Shown here: one piece after another, positions 20,130 to 30,142 of the stretch
How positions within the stretch are numbered: position 1 is the first letter of the stretch
How the letters are laid out: every line of letters begins with the position of its first letter
Assembly (NCBI GenBank): GCA_029258885.1
Contig: JAPDJW010000009.1
Span: forward strand, 1-64,000
Source of the DNA: Thermoproteota archaeon
Lineage (GTDB): Archaea; Thermoproteota; Thermoprotei; Thermofilales; B9-G17
Length of the DNA: 64,000 nucleotides
Direction of reading: 5' to 3'
Translations under genes and position numbers: made by a program
Notes under the pieces: generated by a model
Database searches by the model: none
Told to the model about the DNA's origin: nothing
The model's input: the letters and a program-made list of their open reading frames with translations, nothing else

Positions 20130-20916
20130 GCGGTACAGCAGGTTAAGGGCTGATTTAAACATTCTTGAAATAAGTCTTTCGTCAAGCTACAGGTTTCCAT
20201 TACTTGAGGGACTTGCATTCCTTTACATATTTTTCCCTATGGTTTTCGCTCCTCTAATTAGGGCGCCATATGTATGCCAGTTTGTAAGCTATGCTTTTGG
20301 ACTACCCGTATTCCTGACGCAAATTCTAATACTAGTGAATTTGGCGTATAGTGTTGCAAGTGAAATCGAGTCGGGGCTAACACAGACCTACATAACATAT
20401 CCCGTGAAGAGGGCCGATTTCATACTCATAAAAATCCTGGTAGGATTGGGCGTTCCCATTATGCTCCTAGCGCTCGCGGAAGCTATCGTAACGTACATGG
20501 CCTTCAGTGTAGTGGGTTTCTCGCTCGACGAACTATTCTTCTCAATACTGGCTTCGCTTGGACAGCTAGTGATGTTCGCCCTAGTATTCCTCATTATATC
20601 ACTCCTCATAAAGAAGGGAGGATTAGCGCTCGGTATAAGCATAGCCCTATGGTTCATTCTATCCATAGCTATTTCAATATTCTCACTATTCGTATACTTC
20701 AGTGGCATCAAAGAGTTCTTCTATCTATCAGCTCTACTTAACCCCACGAATATTGTAAATGCATACTATGCTAAGGGCTCAAGCGTGCTACCCGGCGGTA
20801 TTGTCGTAGAGCCTACCTTCATAGAAATGGTTCTAGTTTTACTGGGACACTATGCGATAAACATCGTTCTGCTAGCCATAATAATAGCATACTTCATGAT
20901 GAGGTTTGAGCCATGA
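20122..20916 (+). CDS. ABC-2 type transporter permease
   Basis: Six TM segments and an EIESG...YP...R...K loop; overlaps the ATPase gene. Confidence 0.8.
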   Translation: MGRRYSRLRADLNILEISLSSSYRFPLLEGLAFLYIFFPMVFAPLIRAPYVCQFVSYAFGLPVFLTQILILVNLAYSVASEIESGLTQTYITYPVKRADFILIKILVGLGVPIMLLALAEAIVTYMAFSVVGFSLDELFFSILASLGQLVMFALVFLIISLLIKKGGLALGISIALWFILSIAISIFSLFVYFSGIKEFFYLSALLNPTNIVNAYYAKGSSVLPGGIVVEPTFIEMVLVLLGHYAINIVLLAIIIAYFMMRFEP

Positions 20917-21536
20917 TGAGGCTATACATAAAGGCTGGAAGAATAGGCTACGTAGTTATTTCCATAGCGCTAGCAATACTGCTAGCTACAGCGCTGAGGT
21001 TCCCAATGCCCTACGGAACGGATTATAATGAAATGTCTAGAGAGTACTTCGCCATAGAAATAATTCATCTTGATAGATTTTATAGATATGATGTAGAGGT
21101 TGAATTATCGAAAAGCTGCCACTTGGTAGCGTGCATATATATTCCAAACTATACCAGAACCTATCCATTCATAGACGTGGAAATGATGATAAACTATTCC
21201 GCCATAGTTGAGGCAGTAGCTAACTGTACGACGCTTGAAGAGTTAAAGGATGCACTGGAGTCGATGAATATGACAGCAGTTTATGCCGCTACAGGCAACT
21301 ACCATAAGTTTAGTTATGAATCGAAGGATATAGGGGGAATAGTTGTAGCAACTGTAAATCCGGATAGAGATGCCCCCCAATTCCGCTATGCATTGAGAGT
21401 TAACGTATATGCCATAATACTACCCAGTGAAATTGCCTATAAAACCTTTATACCGATCCTAGCTCTAGGAATAGTATTGGCTGCGGGAAGAGCTGTGCAT
21501 GATGTAAAGAGGCTACTACTAAAGCTTAAACGCTAA
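20913..21536 (+). CDS. Hypothetical membrane protein (N- and C-terminal TM)
   Basis: ATGA overlap with the permease; hydrophobic termini. Confidence 0.6.
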   Translation: MMRLYIKAGRIGYVVISIALAILLATALRFPMPYGTDYNEMSREYFAIEIIHLDRFYRYDVEVELSKSCHLVACIYIPNYTRTYPFIDVEMMINYSAIVEAVANCTTLEELKDALESMNMTAVYAATGNYHKFSYESKDIGGIVVATVNPDRDAPQFRYALRVNVYAIILPSEIAYKTFIPILALGIVLAAGRAVHDVKRLLLKLKR

Positions 21537-22413
21537 GATCTTTTTTCCAGTTAAGTTGTCTTATGAAGTTTCTATGCGGCTCAAATATTCTCCTTAAATC
21601 CTCAGGCTTATCACCAACTATCCTCATTCTATCTACGTTTATTTCCCCATACCCCCACTTCCACAGTAGGTATAGATAGCCCACGTCAAGAGGGCTAAAC
21701 CCCATAAGCCATGCAGTGAGCGCGTCTACCTCAACGGCGTTAACTCCCGCAACGGCAAACCTGGAGTCTATCTCCCTGCCGCCAACAGGCCCGTCTCCTT
21801 GCATTCCCACATATCCGTCGATTACCGCTAAACTTAGAGGCATCTTAGTGTAAAGTTCGGCAATAGACATGTTTATAGCACCGTATCCAGCGTGTACTTT
21901 GGGCTTATCCCTCCCTTGGACAGCGCCCATAACCAGATTCTTTATGGTAAGCGTAACTACAACGGTATCGTGGGTCTTAGGCCTACAGACGGATATCCTG
22001 AAATCCGAGTCTAAGACGACCTTAGAAACCCTAACCCTTATACTTTTACTTAGCTTAGAATCGTATACGTCAAAGTACACGTAGTCGCTGTGATTTAGGT
22101 CGATGAATTCCACGTTATATTTACGCTTTAAATCAAGGTAACCGTAGTTTCTTAATCCATCGCTAAACGAGCCCATAGCGGGTCCTTCTCCAATAATAAC
22201 CCTAGCCTTCGAATTATGCGAGTATATGAAGTCTAGGACTGCCTTAACCGCATCGACGTGAGTGGCGGAGAGCGGATGTCTAACGGATACGAAGTTCGGT
22301 TTAACGAGAATATTCCTAGCTTCAGCCAATTTACTGCTTATCTCATCCCTTAGTAGCTCAAGTACTTTAGATACTCCATCGTAGTGCCCGTCGCTTCTAG
22401 CTAAAGATATCAA
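21526..22413 (-). CDS. DUF362 domain protein
   Basis: ILVKPNFVS, KTHD...TLTIKNL and IDGYVGMQGDGP motifs. Confidence 0.85.
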   Translation of the reverse strand: MISLARSDGHYDGVSKVLELLRDEISSKLAEARNILVKPNFVSVRHPLSATHVDAVKAVLDFIYSHNSKARVIIGEGPAMGSFSDGLRNYGYLDLKRKYNVEFIDLNHSDYVYFDVYDSKLSKSIRVRVSKVVLDSDFRISVCRPKTHDTVVVTLTIKNLVMGAVQGRDKPKVHAGYGAINMSIAELYTKMPLSLAVIDGYVGMQGDGPVGGREIDSRFAVAGVNAVEVDALTAWLMGFSPLDVGYLYLLWKWGYGEINVDRMRIVGDKPEDLRRIFEPHRNFIRQLNWKKDLSV

Positions 22414-22463
22414 ACAATCACCTACGGATAATAGTTGATTTTACAGCCTTATAAGGGGTTAGC

Positions 22464-22513
22464 TCAGAGGCCTGTCACATCCGCATCAAATCGGCCGAGC
22501 TCTTCTCATCATC
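22464..22513 (-). ncRNA. Candidate box C/D methylation-guide sRNA
   Basis: Minus strand reads G-ATGATGA(C)-GAAGAGCTCGG-CCGA(D')-T-TTGATGC(C')-GGATGTGACAGGCCT-CTGA(D); ~50 nt, intergenic. Confidence 0.65.
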
Positions 22514-22559
22514 GTGAAAATATATCAATAATATAATATTAAGATTACTTGGTGATCGT

Positions 22560-23216
22560 TTGAGGAACGATTTGAAGATTTGGAGGCTTATAATGGACAG
22601 GATATTTGAGATGGAGAAGGATATAATCGATAACATATATGGTGTACTGAGCTTTAAACCACCGTATTCAGCTACAGTAACTACGGTTCTAAGGTGCTAT
22701 ACTAAAATAGAGTATGATGTGAGGTTTAGGAGGATAGAGATGATACCGACTAGGTTTAGCACTGTGCTAGGTATAATATTCGACTACACCGTGAAGAATC
22801 TGCTTAAGGATAAGGGGTTTGAGGAGAAGAGGTATTCTAAGAAATACGTGGATGATGAGGGCAACGAGTACGTAATATACGGCGACCCAGACCTAGTCAT
22901 GGGCGATGAAGTAGTAGAGCTAAAGTATACATCCATGCCCCTGGAGAACCTGCCTCTAGAGCACCACGTATATCAGGTTAAGATGTACATGAACCAGTCG
23001 GGGCTTAACGGCAGGCTAATATATTTCACCCCCAACGGCGTTAGGGAGTTCCTATACGATAGGGAGGAGGCGTTAACGGACGAGGAGATAGCCGGGATAG
23101 CTAGATCCTTCTTCATAGACAAGGTTTCACCTAGATATGATTGGGAGTGTCAGTACTGCCACTACAGGTCGATATGCCCCTTAGCAGTATTAAAGACTGA
23201 GGAAGAGGAGAAGTAA
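22560..23216 (+). CDS. Solo Cas4-like PD-(D/E)xK exonuclease with Fe-S cysteines
   Basis: N-terminal LRC, GDPDLV...VVELKY, QVKMY and C-terminal CQYCHYRSIC. Confidence 0.8.
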   Translation: MRNDLKIWRLIMDRIFEMEKDIIDNIYGVLSFKPPYSATVTTVLRCYTKIEYDVRFRRIEMIPTRFSTVLGIIFDYTVKNLLKDKGFEEKRYSKKYVDDEGNEYVIYGDPDLVMGDEVVELKYTSMPLENLPLEHHVYQVKMYMNQSGLNGRLIYFTPNGVREFLYDREEALTDEEIAGIARSFFIDKVSPRYDWECQYCHYRSICPLAVLKTEEEEK

Positions 23217-23954
23217 TTGTATGAAATCCTCTTTACGGATAAGATAAAGTCCATGAAGCTTATAGACCTACTAGATGTTATCGACGAGGTACAGGCGTAC
23301 AATGGAGGCTGGGAAGTAATATTCATGGATAAGTCGCTTGTCGACGAAGACTTATCAAGATGCGAACGATTATCGGCGATACCAGCCAACTACGGTGGAA
23401 TACTGTTCCTCCACTACCTGTACGATGAGAAGCTTCTAATTGAATGCATACGTGAATATTATGGCGAAGAGGTTACTAGAAGCGTTAAAAGTCTGGTGGA
23501 GAAGGGCGTACCTCCGATAAGGTATCTATACGACTTCGAATCCTTCTTCGATAAATACTATAGGAGCATACTTAAGGAAGCATACTTTGAAGCATACATA
23601 CCGTTAAAGAACGAGTTAAAAGATGAGGACCTAGCCGAGCTAAGGGAACTTCTTAAGCAGGTTAAAGATCTCAGCATTGAATATGAGATTATAAAGTCTG
23701 AGATAGACTATCTCAACCCAAATGACGTAAGGAGGGCGCTGGATGAAAGCTACTATCTCATAGACTACTTAAAGGCTCTCAGGAGACTATACGAGGAGAA
23801 GGGTGAAACATATACGGGATATCTGGTAATTCTGAAGAGCTATATACCTATAGCCTCAACCCTAAAGCAGCTGGAGGAGAAGATATGGAGTATATCGCCC
23901 AGTATCTGGAGCTACGCCAAAGAGGTTACTATGCTCTTCTATAAGCTAATATAA
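23217..23954 (+). CDS. Hypothetical acidic helical protein
   Basis: Begins directly after the Cas4-like stop (TAA-TTG); no recognisable motif. Confidence 0.65.
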   Translation: MYEILFTDKIKSMKLIDLLDVIDEVQAYNGGWEVIFMDKSLVDEDLSRCERLSAIPANYGGILFLHYLYDEKLLIECIREYYGEEVTRSVKSLVEKGVPPIRYLYDFESFFDKYYRSILKEAYFEAYIPLKNELKDEDLAELRELLKQVKDLSIEYEIIKSEIDYLNPNDVRRALDESYYLIDYLKALRRLYEEKGETYTGYLVILKSYIPIASTLKQLEEKIWSISPSIWSYAKEVTMLFYKLI

Positions 23955-25274
23955 CTACTCGACGACAGCCCGCCTAATCCTTATATAAGGTGCTACCTCG
24001 CTCATCGGGAAGCCTTTCTCCACCGACGGTCTATATCCCCTACTTCTGCTAACGGCATCTATCTGTCTGAGGGAGCCTGGGATGGGTATAAGTATTCTCT
24101 CTAATACTACGTTCTCTCTCGTTTCTCCATCTTTAATATATAGTGTCAGCTCAGGGTATATGGCTATAGAGTTTCTCCGTAGCTCTCCTCTCTCCAGCCC
24201 AATCAATAGAAATCCCTCTTTAGTCTCCTCTATAATTTCATCGACCCTCCAGTCTCCAGGCTTAACTACGAGGTTGCTCTGCATAGGTCTAGGAGGAATT
24301 GAGAGACCTCTAGCATTTCCAGCCTTCTCTGATTTAAACAGCTTTGCAGTCCACCTATTGTGAAGCAAATCCACGATAACTCCGTCCTCAATAAGCTTCC
24401 TAGGCGAGGCTTTAACGCCTTCATCGTCAACTGTGAAGGAGCCTACAGCGGATGGCACATATGGATCGTCGATGACAGTTATACTACGTGGAAAGACTCT
24501 ACTGCCGACAGGCGACCTGCTGCCCGATAAATACACTCGATCCGCTTCAAGCATGTGTACGACTTCATGGAATAATGCTCCAGAACAGTAGGGATCCAGA
24601 ATCACGTCAAACCTACTGTGCTTGTAGAATGGATTTAAATACCTAGTTTTCTTCAATGCATTAAGCTTCTCCGCTATGGAGTCCAGGATCCTATTAATGG
24701 ATGACCTCAGGCTATCGATGTTCGTGTAGGCCACGTATTCTCCAATTGACCTATTGCCTACGACAACGTAGGAGTACAGTTCATACGTGGTTTTACTGTG
24801 TATAAATGAGCTTCCATCACTATTATACATAAACTTGTTTTCAGATATACAGTTTAGAATAACTTCAAGCCTTCCATTCTTCTCAAAAATCTTTAAGGCG
24901 TTAACGATATCCGAGAAGATCTCCTTAACGGATTCTTCGCTAGGAAATTCCTCGTCTCCAACAAGGTACGTGCCTCTAACAGGCTTCTGTTCGGCCATAT
25001 CAACGTTTAAGCCCGAAATATAGGTGCTACTCGAAACATCAGCCTTACCGTACATATCCGAGAATTTATCGCTGTTACAGGAAAAGATTCTCCAAACGCC
25101 ATTCTTCCATAGTCTAACGTAGGTGAATACGTTGCTAAAGGAGTTAAACTCCATTGAATATGCTCTATATGCGTATTCGAAATTTCTAATATACACCTGA
25201 GCGGCGTCTGCGTACCCCATGCCGAGCTTAACGGCATTCCTAACTATTCTATTAGCTCCACCGTAATCAAACAT
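23955..25274 (-). CDS. TldD/PmbA family protein (second, divergent TldD-like)
   Basis: HEVVHMLEAD, VDDEGV, GNARG and VKPGDW motifs. Confidence 0.85.
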   Translation of the reverse strand: MFDYGGANRIVRNAVKLGMGYADAAQVYIRNFEYAYRAYSMEFNSFSNVFTYVRLWKNGVWRIFSCNSDKFSDMYGKADVSSSTYISGLNVDMAEQKPVRGTYLVGDEEFPSEESVKEIFSDIVNALKIFEKNGRLEVILNCISENKFMYNSDGSSFIHSKTTYELYSYVVVGNRSIGEYVAYTNIDSLRSSINRILDSIAEKLNALKKTRYLNPFYKHSRFDVILDPYCSGALFHEVVHMLEADRVYLSGSRSPVGSRVFPRSITVIDDPYVPSAVGSFTVDDEGVKASPRKLIEDGVIVDLLHNRWTAKLFKSEKAGNARGLSIPPRPMQSNLVVKPGDWRVDEIIEETKEGFLLIGLERGELRRNSIAIYPELTLYIKDGETRENVVLERILIPIPGSLRQIDAVSRSRGYRPSVEKGFPMSEVAPYIRIRRAVVE

Positions 25275-25413
25275 TCTAATAATCTTGACGTGGGGAGCTT
25301 TATTAAGCTTTTATTACATTAAGGTTGAAATTGAATGAAACGTTCCATAATTATTAAAAGTATAGGTTACCCTGGGACAAATTAATTACGGCGATTAATG
25401 TATTAATTGTTGT

Positions 25414-25755
25414 ATGAGGATAGATGACTATGGTTTCGGGTACATAGTTATCGATGGGAAACGCTATACTAGCGACGTAATAATCTACAGAGATAGAGTT
25501 TATGATGGCTGGTGGAGGAAGGAGGGTCATAGGCTTCATCTCAGTGATTTAGAGGACGTCATTAGGGAGAAGCCTGAGATACTAATTATAGGTACTGGTA
25601 GGTTCGGCGTAATGAAGGTTCCGGATGAGGTCGTTAGGAGGCTAGAGGAAATGGGGATAAAGGTTATTGTGCTAAAGACTAAAGAGGCTTGTAAAAAGTA
25701 TAATGAGCTTAAGGATAAGCACTACGTAGTGGCAGCCTTACATTTGACGTGCTAA
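25414..25755 (+). CDS. Mth938-like (DUF498) domain protein
   Basis: FGYIVIDG..Y..D, IIGTG..G and terminal AALHLTC. Confidence 0.88.
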   Translation: MRIDDYGFGYIVIDGKRYTSDVIIYRDRVYDGWWRKEGHRLHLSDLEDVIREKPEILIIGTGRFGVMKVPDEVVRRLEEMGIKVIVLKTKEACKKYNELKDKHYVVAALHLTC

Positions 25756-25797
25756 ACTATATATTAAATTTTGATTATATTTTAAACGTGATAAGAT

Positions 25798-26178
25798 ATG
25801 AGTAAACAGTTAACTGTTGGAGACATAATGACTTCGCCAGTTGTTACAGTCCTCTTCTCGGATCCCGTTATCGCCGCTGTAAATAAGATGATCACTCACG
25901 ATATAGGAGCAGTTATAGTAATGATGGGTGGGCAGCCCGCTGGCATTATTACCGAGCGAGATATACTGAAGAAGATAATTATGGAGGGCCGTGATCCCAA
26001 GAAGACCATGTGCCAGGATATAATGACTAAGCCGCTCGTAACAGTTGAATCCGATACGCCAGTTGCGAGGGCTTTAGCTTTAATGAAGGAGAAGGATATC
26101 AGGAGACTGCCTGTAGTGAAAATGGGTAGGCTTGTTGGAATAGTCACCGAGAAGGATATTATCAGGAAAATAATATAA
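25798..26178 (+). CDS. CBS domain pair protein
   Basis: Two CBS repeats (VGDIMT..V; GIITERDI; IRRLPVV; GIVTEKDI). Confidence 0.92.
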   Translation: MSKQLTVGDIMTSPVVTVLFSDPVIAAVNKMITHDIGAVIVMMGGQPAGIITERDILKKIIMEGRDPKKTMCQDIMTKPLVTVESDTPVARALALMKEKDIRRLPVVKMGRLVGIVTEKDIIRKII

Positions 26179-26200
26179 TTTCTTTCTTTTTCTTTCTTTC
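26179..26200 (+). terminator. Oligo-T intrinsic terminator candidate
   Basis: TTTCTTTCTTTTTCTTTCTTTC pyrimidine tract immediately after the CBS gene stop. Confidence 0.55.
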
Positions 26201-26328
26201 AGCATAAAGTTTATTAGCATTAAATATCATATACTTGGGTTGAGGGAGGTCCTTTGGAAGTGAGCTAGCCTTCTATTTGGGAATAGAAACAGATTTTAGG
26301 CACCTATTTCTCCAGAAAATAAGTTATT

Positions 26329-28779
26329 GTGGAGGTCTCAGACATGAATATGTTTCCTAAGAGGTACGACTTTAAGGAAGTAGAGGAGAAGTGGCAGAGG
26401 AAGTGGGAGGAGTGGGGGATATATAGGTTCGATAAGGAGGATAGGGTTAGACCAACATTCTCGATAGATACTCCGCCACCGTATCCAAGCGGCGAATTTC
26501 ACGTAGGCAATGCCTTCAATCACGCATACATGGATTTCGTTGCAAGATACATGAGAATGAAGGGATACAATGTATTCTTCCCACAGGGCTGGGACTGCCA
26601 TGGGCTACCCACAGAGGTAAGAGTCGAGAAGACCGTAGGCAAGCATAAGAAGGATATTCCACGCGAAGTCTTCCTAGCCTTATGTAGGGAGTATACGTTG
26701 AAGTGGATTAAGCCTATGAGGGAGGCGATAAAGAGGCTTGGATGTAGCATAGACTGGACAACCGAGTATAAGACAATGGATCCCGACTACTGGAGGAGAA
26801 CACAGCTAAGCTTTATCATAATGTACAAGAAGGGACTTATATACAAGGATAAACTGCCAACCTACTGGTGTCCGAGATGCGAGACATCAATAGCCGAAGC
26901 AGAGGTAGAGTATAAGGAGGTTGAGAGGGAGCTATACTACTACATGTTTCTCCTAGAAGACGGCTCAGGCCTTATGGTTGCTTCAACAAGACCTGAGCTC
27001 CTTGCCTCATGCGTAGCTGTAGCAGTTAATCCTAAGGATGTAAGGTATAGGCACCTAATAGGTCGGAAAGCAAAGGTTCCAATATACGATAGATGGGTTC
27101 CAATAATAGCTGAGGAGGAGGTTGAGATAGAATTTGGTACAGGAGCCGTAATGATATGCACCTACGGAGATAAGTCGGACGTTAAATGGCAGATAAGACA
27201 TAACCTTCCCGTAGTAATATCCATAACCGATGATGGATTTATGAACGAGAATGCTGGCCCGCTAAAGGGCTTAAGCATAGAGGAGGCCCGCAGGAAGGTA
27301 GTAGAGCTACTTAAGGAGAAGGGTCTCCTAGTTAAGGTTGAGAGGATAAAGAGCTCTATTGGAACATGCTGGAGATGCCATACACCCGTTGAAATACTTC
27401 CAAGGGAGGAGTGGTTCGTAAAGACTAGGGAGCTGGCCGATAGGGTGCTGGAGGAAGCCGCTAAGGTTAAGTGGGTTCCAGAGTACATGGTTAAGAGGCT
27501 TGAAAACTGGGTTAAAAGCCTAGATTGGGACTGGCCTATATCTAGGAAAAGATTCTTCGCCACACCAATACCGATATGGTACTGTAAGAAGTGCGGCGAA
27601 GTTATACTGGCTGAGCCCGATTGGCTTCCAGTAGATCCGAGGAAGGAGAAGCCGAGGATAGATAAGTGTCCAAAGTGTGAATCCACAGAGTTCGTGGGCG
27701 AGACCGACGTACTGGATACCTGGATGGATTCAAGCATAACAGCAGCGGTACACGCCGGATGGCCCGACAATCTAGACGAAAGGCTTTTCCCAGCCGACCT
27801 ACAGCCAAATGGATACGATATAATTAGAACATGGGATTACTATCTATTAGTCAGGGGTGTAGCTCTATTCAATAAGACTCAATTTAAAATAGCTTTGATA
27901 AACGGAATGGTCAGGGGAACCGACGGCAGAATGATGCATAAAAGCTACGGAAACTATGTTAGACTAATGGATGTAATAGAGAAATATGGCGCTGATGCAT
28001 TCAGGCTATGGACTGCAAGCTCAGCCGCAACAGGACAGGATATAAGATTCTCGTGGGAGGCCGTCGACTACGCTAGGCGCTTTCTCGTAAAGCTGTGGAA
28101 TGCCGCTAGATTCTACTTCATGATTACTAGAGACTTCGACCCCAAGGTCAGCGTCAAGGAGGATGAATTTAGGCTGGTAGATAAGTGGATATTAAGTTTA
28201 CTGAATAAGCTAATAATTGAGGTAACAGAGGCAATGGAAAGCTACAATTTCATGGCTGCATCATCTGCGATAATTAGCTTTACATGGCACGTATTCTGCG
28301 ACCACTATCTCGAGATAATTAAGTATAGGATTAGCGGTGAAAATCCGCATAAAAGGGCGGCTCAGAAAACACTCTACACAGTTCTACTGAATATCTTAAG
28401 GCTATTATCCCCGTTTACACCGCACATCGCCGAGGAGATCTATAGCCTCCTATTTAGAGAGTATGAGAAATGGAAGAGCATAACGTTAGCCGAGTGGCCT
28501 AAGCCGGGTAAAATAGATGAAAAGGCAATAGCTGATGGAGAGGTAGTTATTAGAACCGTGGCAGCCATGAGAAGAGTAAAGCACGATCTAAGGATACCGT
28601 TAAACCAAGTAGTTTCTAAGGCCACAATCTACGCTGGAAAATACGTCCAGCTGCTAAGGGATAATGCTGAAGATATATCGGGCACCTTAAGAATAGGAAA
28701 ACTAGAAATACTTGAAGAAGGCAAGGGACAGCATAGGGTCGATGAATACCCCGAGATAACGTTTAATTTGGAGCCTTAA
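26329..28779 (+). CDS. valS: Valyl-tRNA synthetase (archaeal type)
   Basis: IDTPPPY, HVGN (HIGH equivalent), GWDCHGLP, editing domain, DWDWPISR, DTWMDSS, MMHKS (KMSKS equivalent). Confidence 0.95.
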   Translation: MEVSDMNMFPKRYDFKEVEEKWQRKWEEWGIYRFDKEDRVRPTFSIDTPPPYPSGEFHVGNAFNHAYMDFVARYMRMKGYNVFFPQGWDCHGLPTEVRVEKTVGKHKKDIPREVFLALCREYTLKWIKPMREAIKRLGCSIDWTTEYKTMDPDYWRRTQLSFIIMYKKGLIYKDKLPTYWCPRCETSIAEAEVEYKEVERELYYYMFLLEDGSGLMVASTRPELLASCVAVAVNPKDVRYRHLIGRKAKVPIYDRWVPIIAEEEVEIEFGTGAVMICTYGDKSDVKWQIRHNLPVVISITDDGFMNENAGPLKGLSIEEARRKVVELLKEKGLLVKVERIKSSIGTCWRCHTPVEILPREEWFVKTRELADRVLEEAAKVKWVPEYMVKRLENWVKSLDWDWPISRKRFFATPIPIWYCKKCGEVILAEPDWLPVDPRKEKPRIDKCPKCESTEFVGETDVLDTWMDSSITAAVHAGWPDNLDERLFPADLQPNGYDIIRTWDYYLLVRGVALFNKTQFKIALINGMVRGTDGRMMHKSYGNYVRLMDVIEKYGADAFRLWTASSAATGQDIRFSWEAVDYARRFLVKLWNAARFYFMITRDFDPKVSVKEDEFRLVDKWILSLLNKLIIEVTEAMESYNFMAASSAIISFTWHVFCDHYLEIIKYRISGENPHKRAAQKTLYTVLLNILRLLSPFTPHIAEEIYSLLFREYEKWKSITLAEWPKPGKIDEKAIADGEVVIRTVAAMRRVKHDLRIPLNQVVSKATIYAGKYVQLLRDNAEDISGTLRIGKLEILEEGKGQHRVDEYPEITFNLEP

Positions 28780-29582
28780 CCTAGAAGATCCCTAAGTTTT
28801 TTAACAAGCCTTCTAGCAAGAATTCTATCGACAGGATTTAGGGTTACCCTCCCCCTCTTAACGCTAGTTCCAACGATAAAACCATCACAGTAATCCACAT
28901 ACCCGCCCACGTTATCCTCGGTAATACCGCTTCCAACTATAACTGGAACATCACCAACGGCTTTCTTAACTGAGGCAACAGTGGAAACGTCCGGAGGCAT
29001 ACCCGTTCTTCTTCCAGTAACTATCAATGCATCAGCCAAACCCCTATGAACCATGTCCAGGGCGGAGTCCTCTATACTACGATGTAGCAATGGATATGCG
29101 TGCTTAACGTGTACATCGGCAAAAATCATTACATCCCCAGCTCCTATAATACTCCTGTATCTTAACACTTCGTATGCTCTTCCAGAGATGATCCCCTGGT
29201 CTGTTACGTAGGCTTCAGTTAGAACGTTAACTCTAATAAACCTTCCACCGACTACATGCGCTATTGCAATAGCTGAAATAGCATCATTTCTAAGCACATT
29301 AATTCCAACCGGAATATCAACTCTATCTCGAATCCTAGTAGCAATATAGGTCATAGACGCAATAGTCTCGGGACCAACTCTATTAGGATAATACGGGATA
29401 TCGCCGTAATTTTCAACGATAATACCATTAAACCCAGCTTCATAGTATGCCTCGGCATCACCCACAGCACGTTTAACAACCTCATCTAAATTAAACCTAT
29501 AGCCTGGAGAACCTGGCATGGGGAGCAGATGCACGACCCCAATAACAGGCTTCCTCGAACCAAATACTTCCCTAAAATCCAT
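28776..29582 (-). CDS. BtpA/SgcQ family protein
   Basis: IGVVHL.P.PG, VENYGD.P, GINVLRND, DVHVKH and IVGT motifs. Confidence 0.9.
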   Translation of the reverse strand: MDFREVFGSRKPVIGVVHLLPMPGSPGYRFNLDEVVKRAVGDAEAYYEAGFNGIIVENYGDIPYYPNRVGPETIASMTYIATRIRDRVDIPVGINVLRNDAISAIAIAHVVGGRFIRVNVLTEAYVTDQGIISGRAYEVLRYRSIIGAGDVMIFADVHVKHAYPLLHRSIEDSALDMVHRGLADALIVTGRRTGMPPDVSTVASVKKAVGDVPVIVGSGITEDNVGGYVDYCDGFIVGTSVKRGRVTLNPVDRILARRLVKKLRDLLG

Positions 29583-29732
29583 AATTATACCTAGCCATTA
29601 TCCGTATTTATTAGTTATCACTAATCTAATGTCTATAATTGCCGTTTTACAGTGGTGAATTAGCTGGCGAAATAATCTTTAGTAATACAAAGATTTATAT
29701 TTATAAGGATAAGTTATAGTGAGGGGAGGAAT

Positions 29733-30104
29733 ATGGCGTATCCGCCTCCGCCTCCTCCGCCTCCGGCGGAAGAAGGTGGTCCGGTTAGTGATGAAAGCAA
29801 AACATGGGCCTTAATAGGATGGGCATTAGGAATAGTAGGTGCAATAATAGTATTCGCAACAAGGAAAGAGGATAAATATGCTGTATTCTGGGCAAAGCAG
29901 TCACTGATATTCTCTATAGGTATCATCGCGCTTGACATCATAATATGGATACTAGCGTTCATATTCTGGCCATTCTATCTCCTAACGTACCTGGTTGCTC
30001 TCGGAGCATTGGCGGTTTGGATTATTGGAATACTCAAAGCGTATGGTGGAGAATGGTATAAATTCCCAGTAATCTATGATATTGCAAAATCCCTGAAAAT
30101 ATAG
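29733..30104 (+). CDS. DUF4870-like small membrane protein with N-terminal poly-proline
   Basis: F.AKQS...F, GILKAY.GE.YKFPVI; three TM segments. Confidence 0.75.
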   Translation: MAYPPPPPPPPAEEGGPVSDESKTWALIGWALGIVGAIIVFATRKEDKYAVFWAKQSLIFSIGIIALDIIIWILAFIFWPFYLLTYLVALGALAVWIIGILKAYGGEWYKFPVIYDIAKSLKI

Positions 30105-30142
30105 AATTAATAAACAAAAATATTAAAATATTTTTTATTAAC

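Noticed and set aside
22560-23216. CRISPR-cas locus implied by Cas4
   Set aside because: No cas1, cas2, effector genes or repeat-spacer array were found nearby.
26272-26289. TTCTATT/AATAGAA hairpin upstream of valS as a possible leader element
   Set aside because: A 7-bp AU-rich stem only; T-box-type control is not established in archaea.
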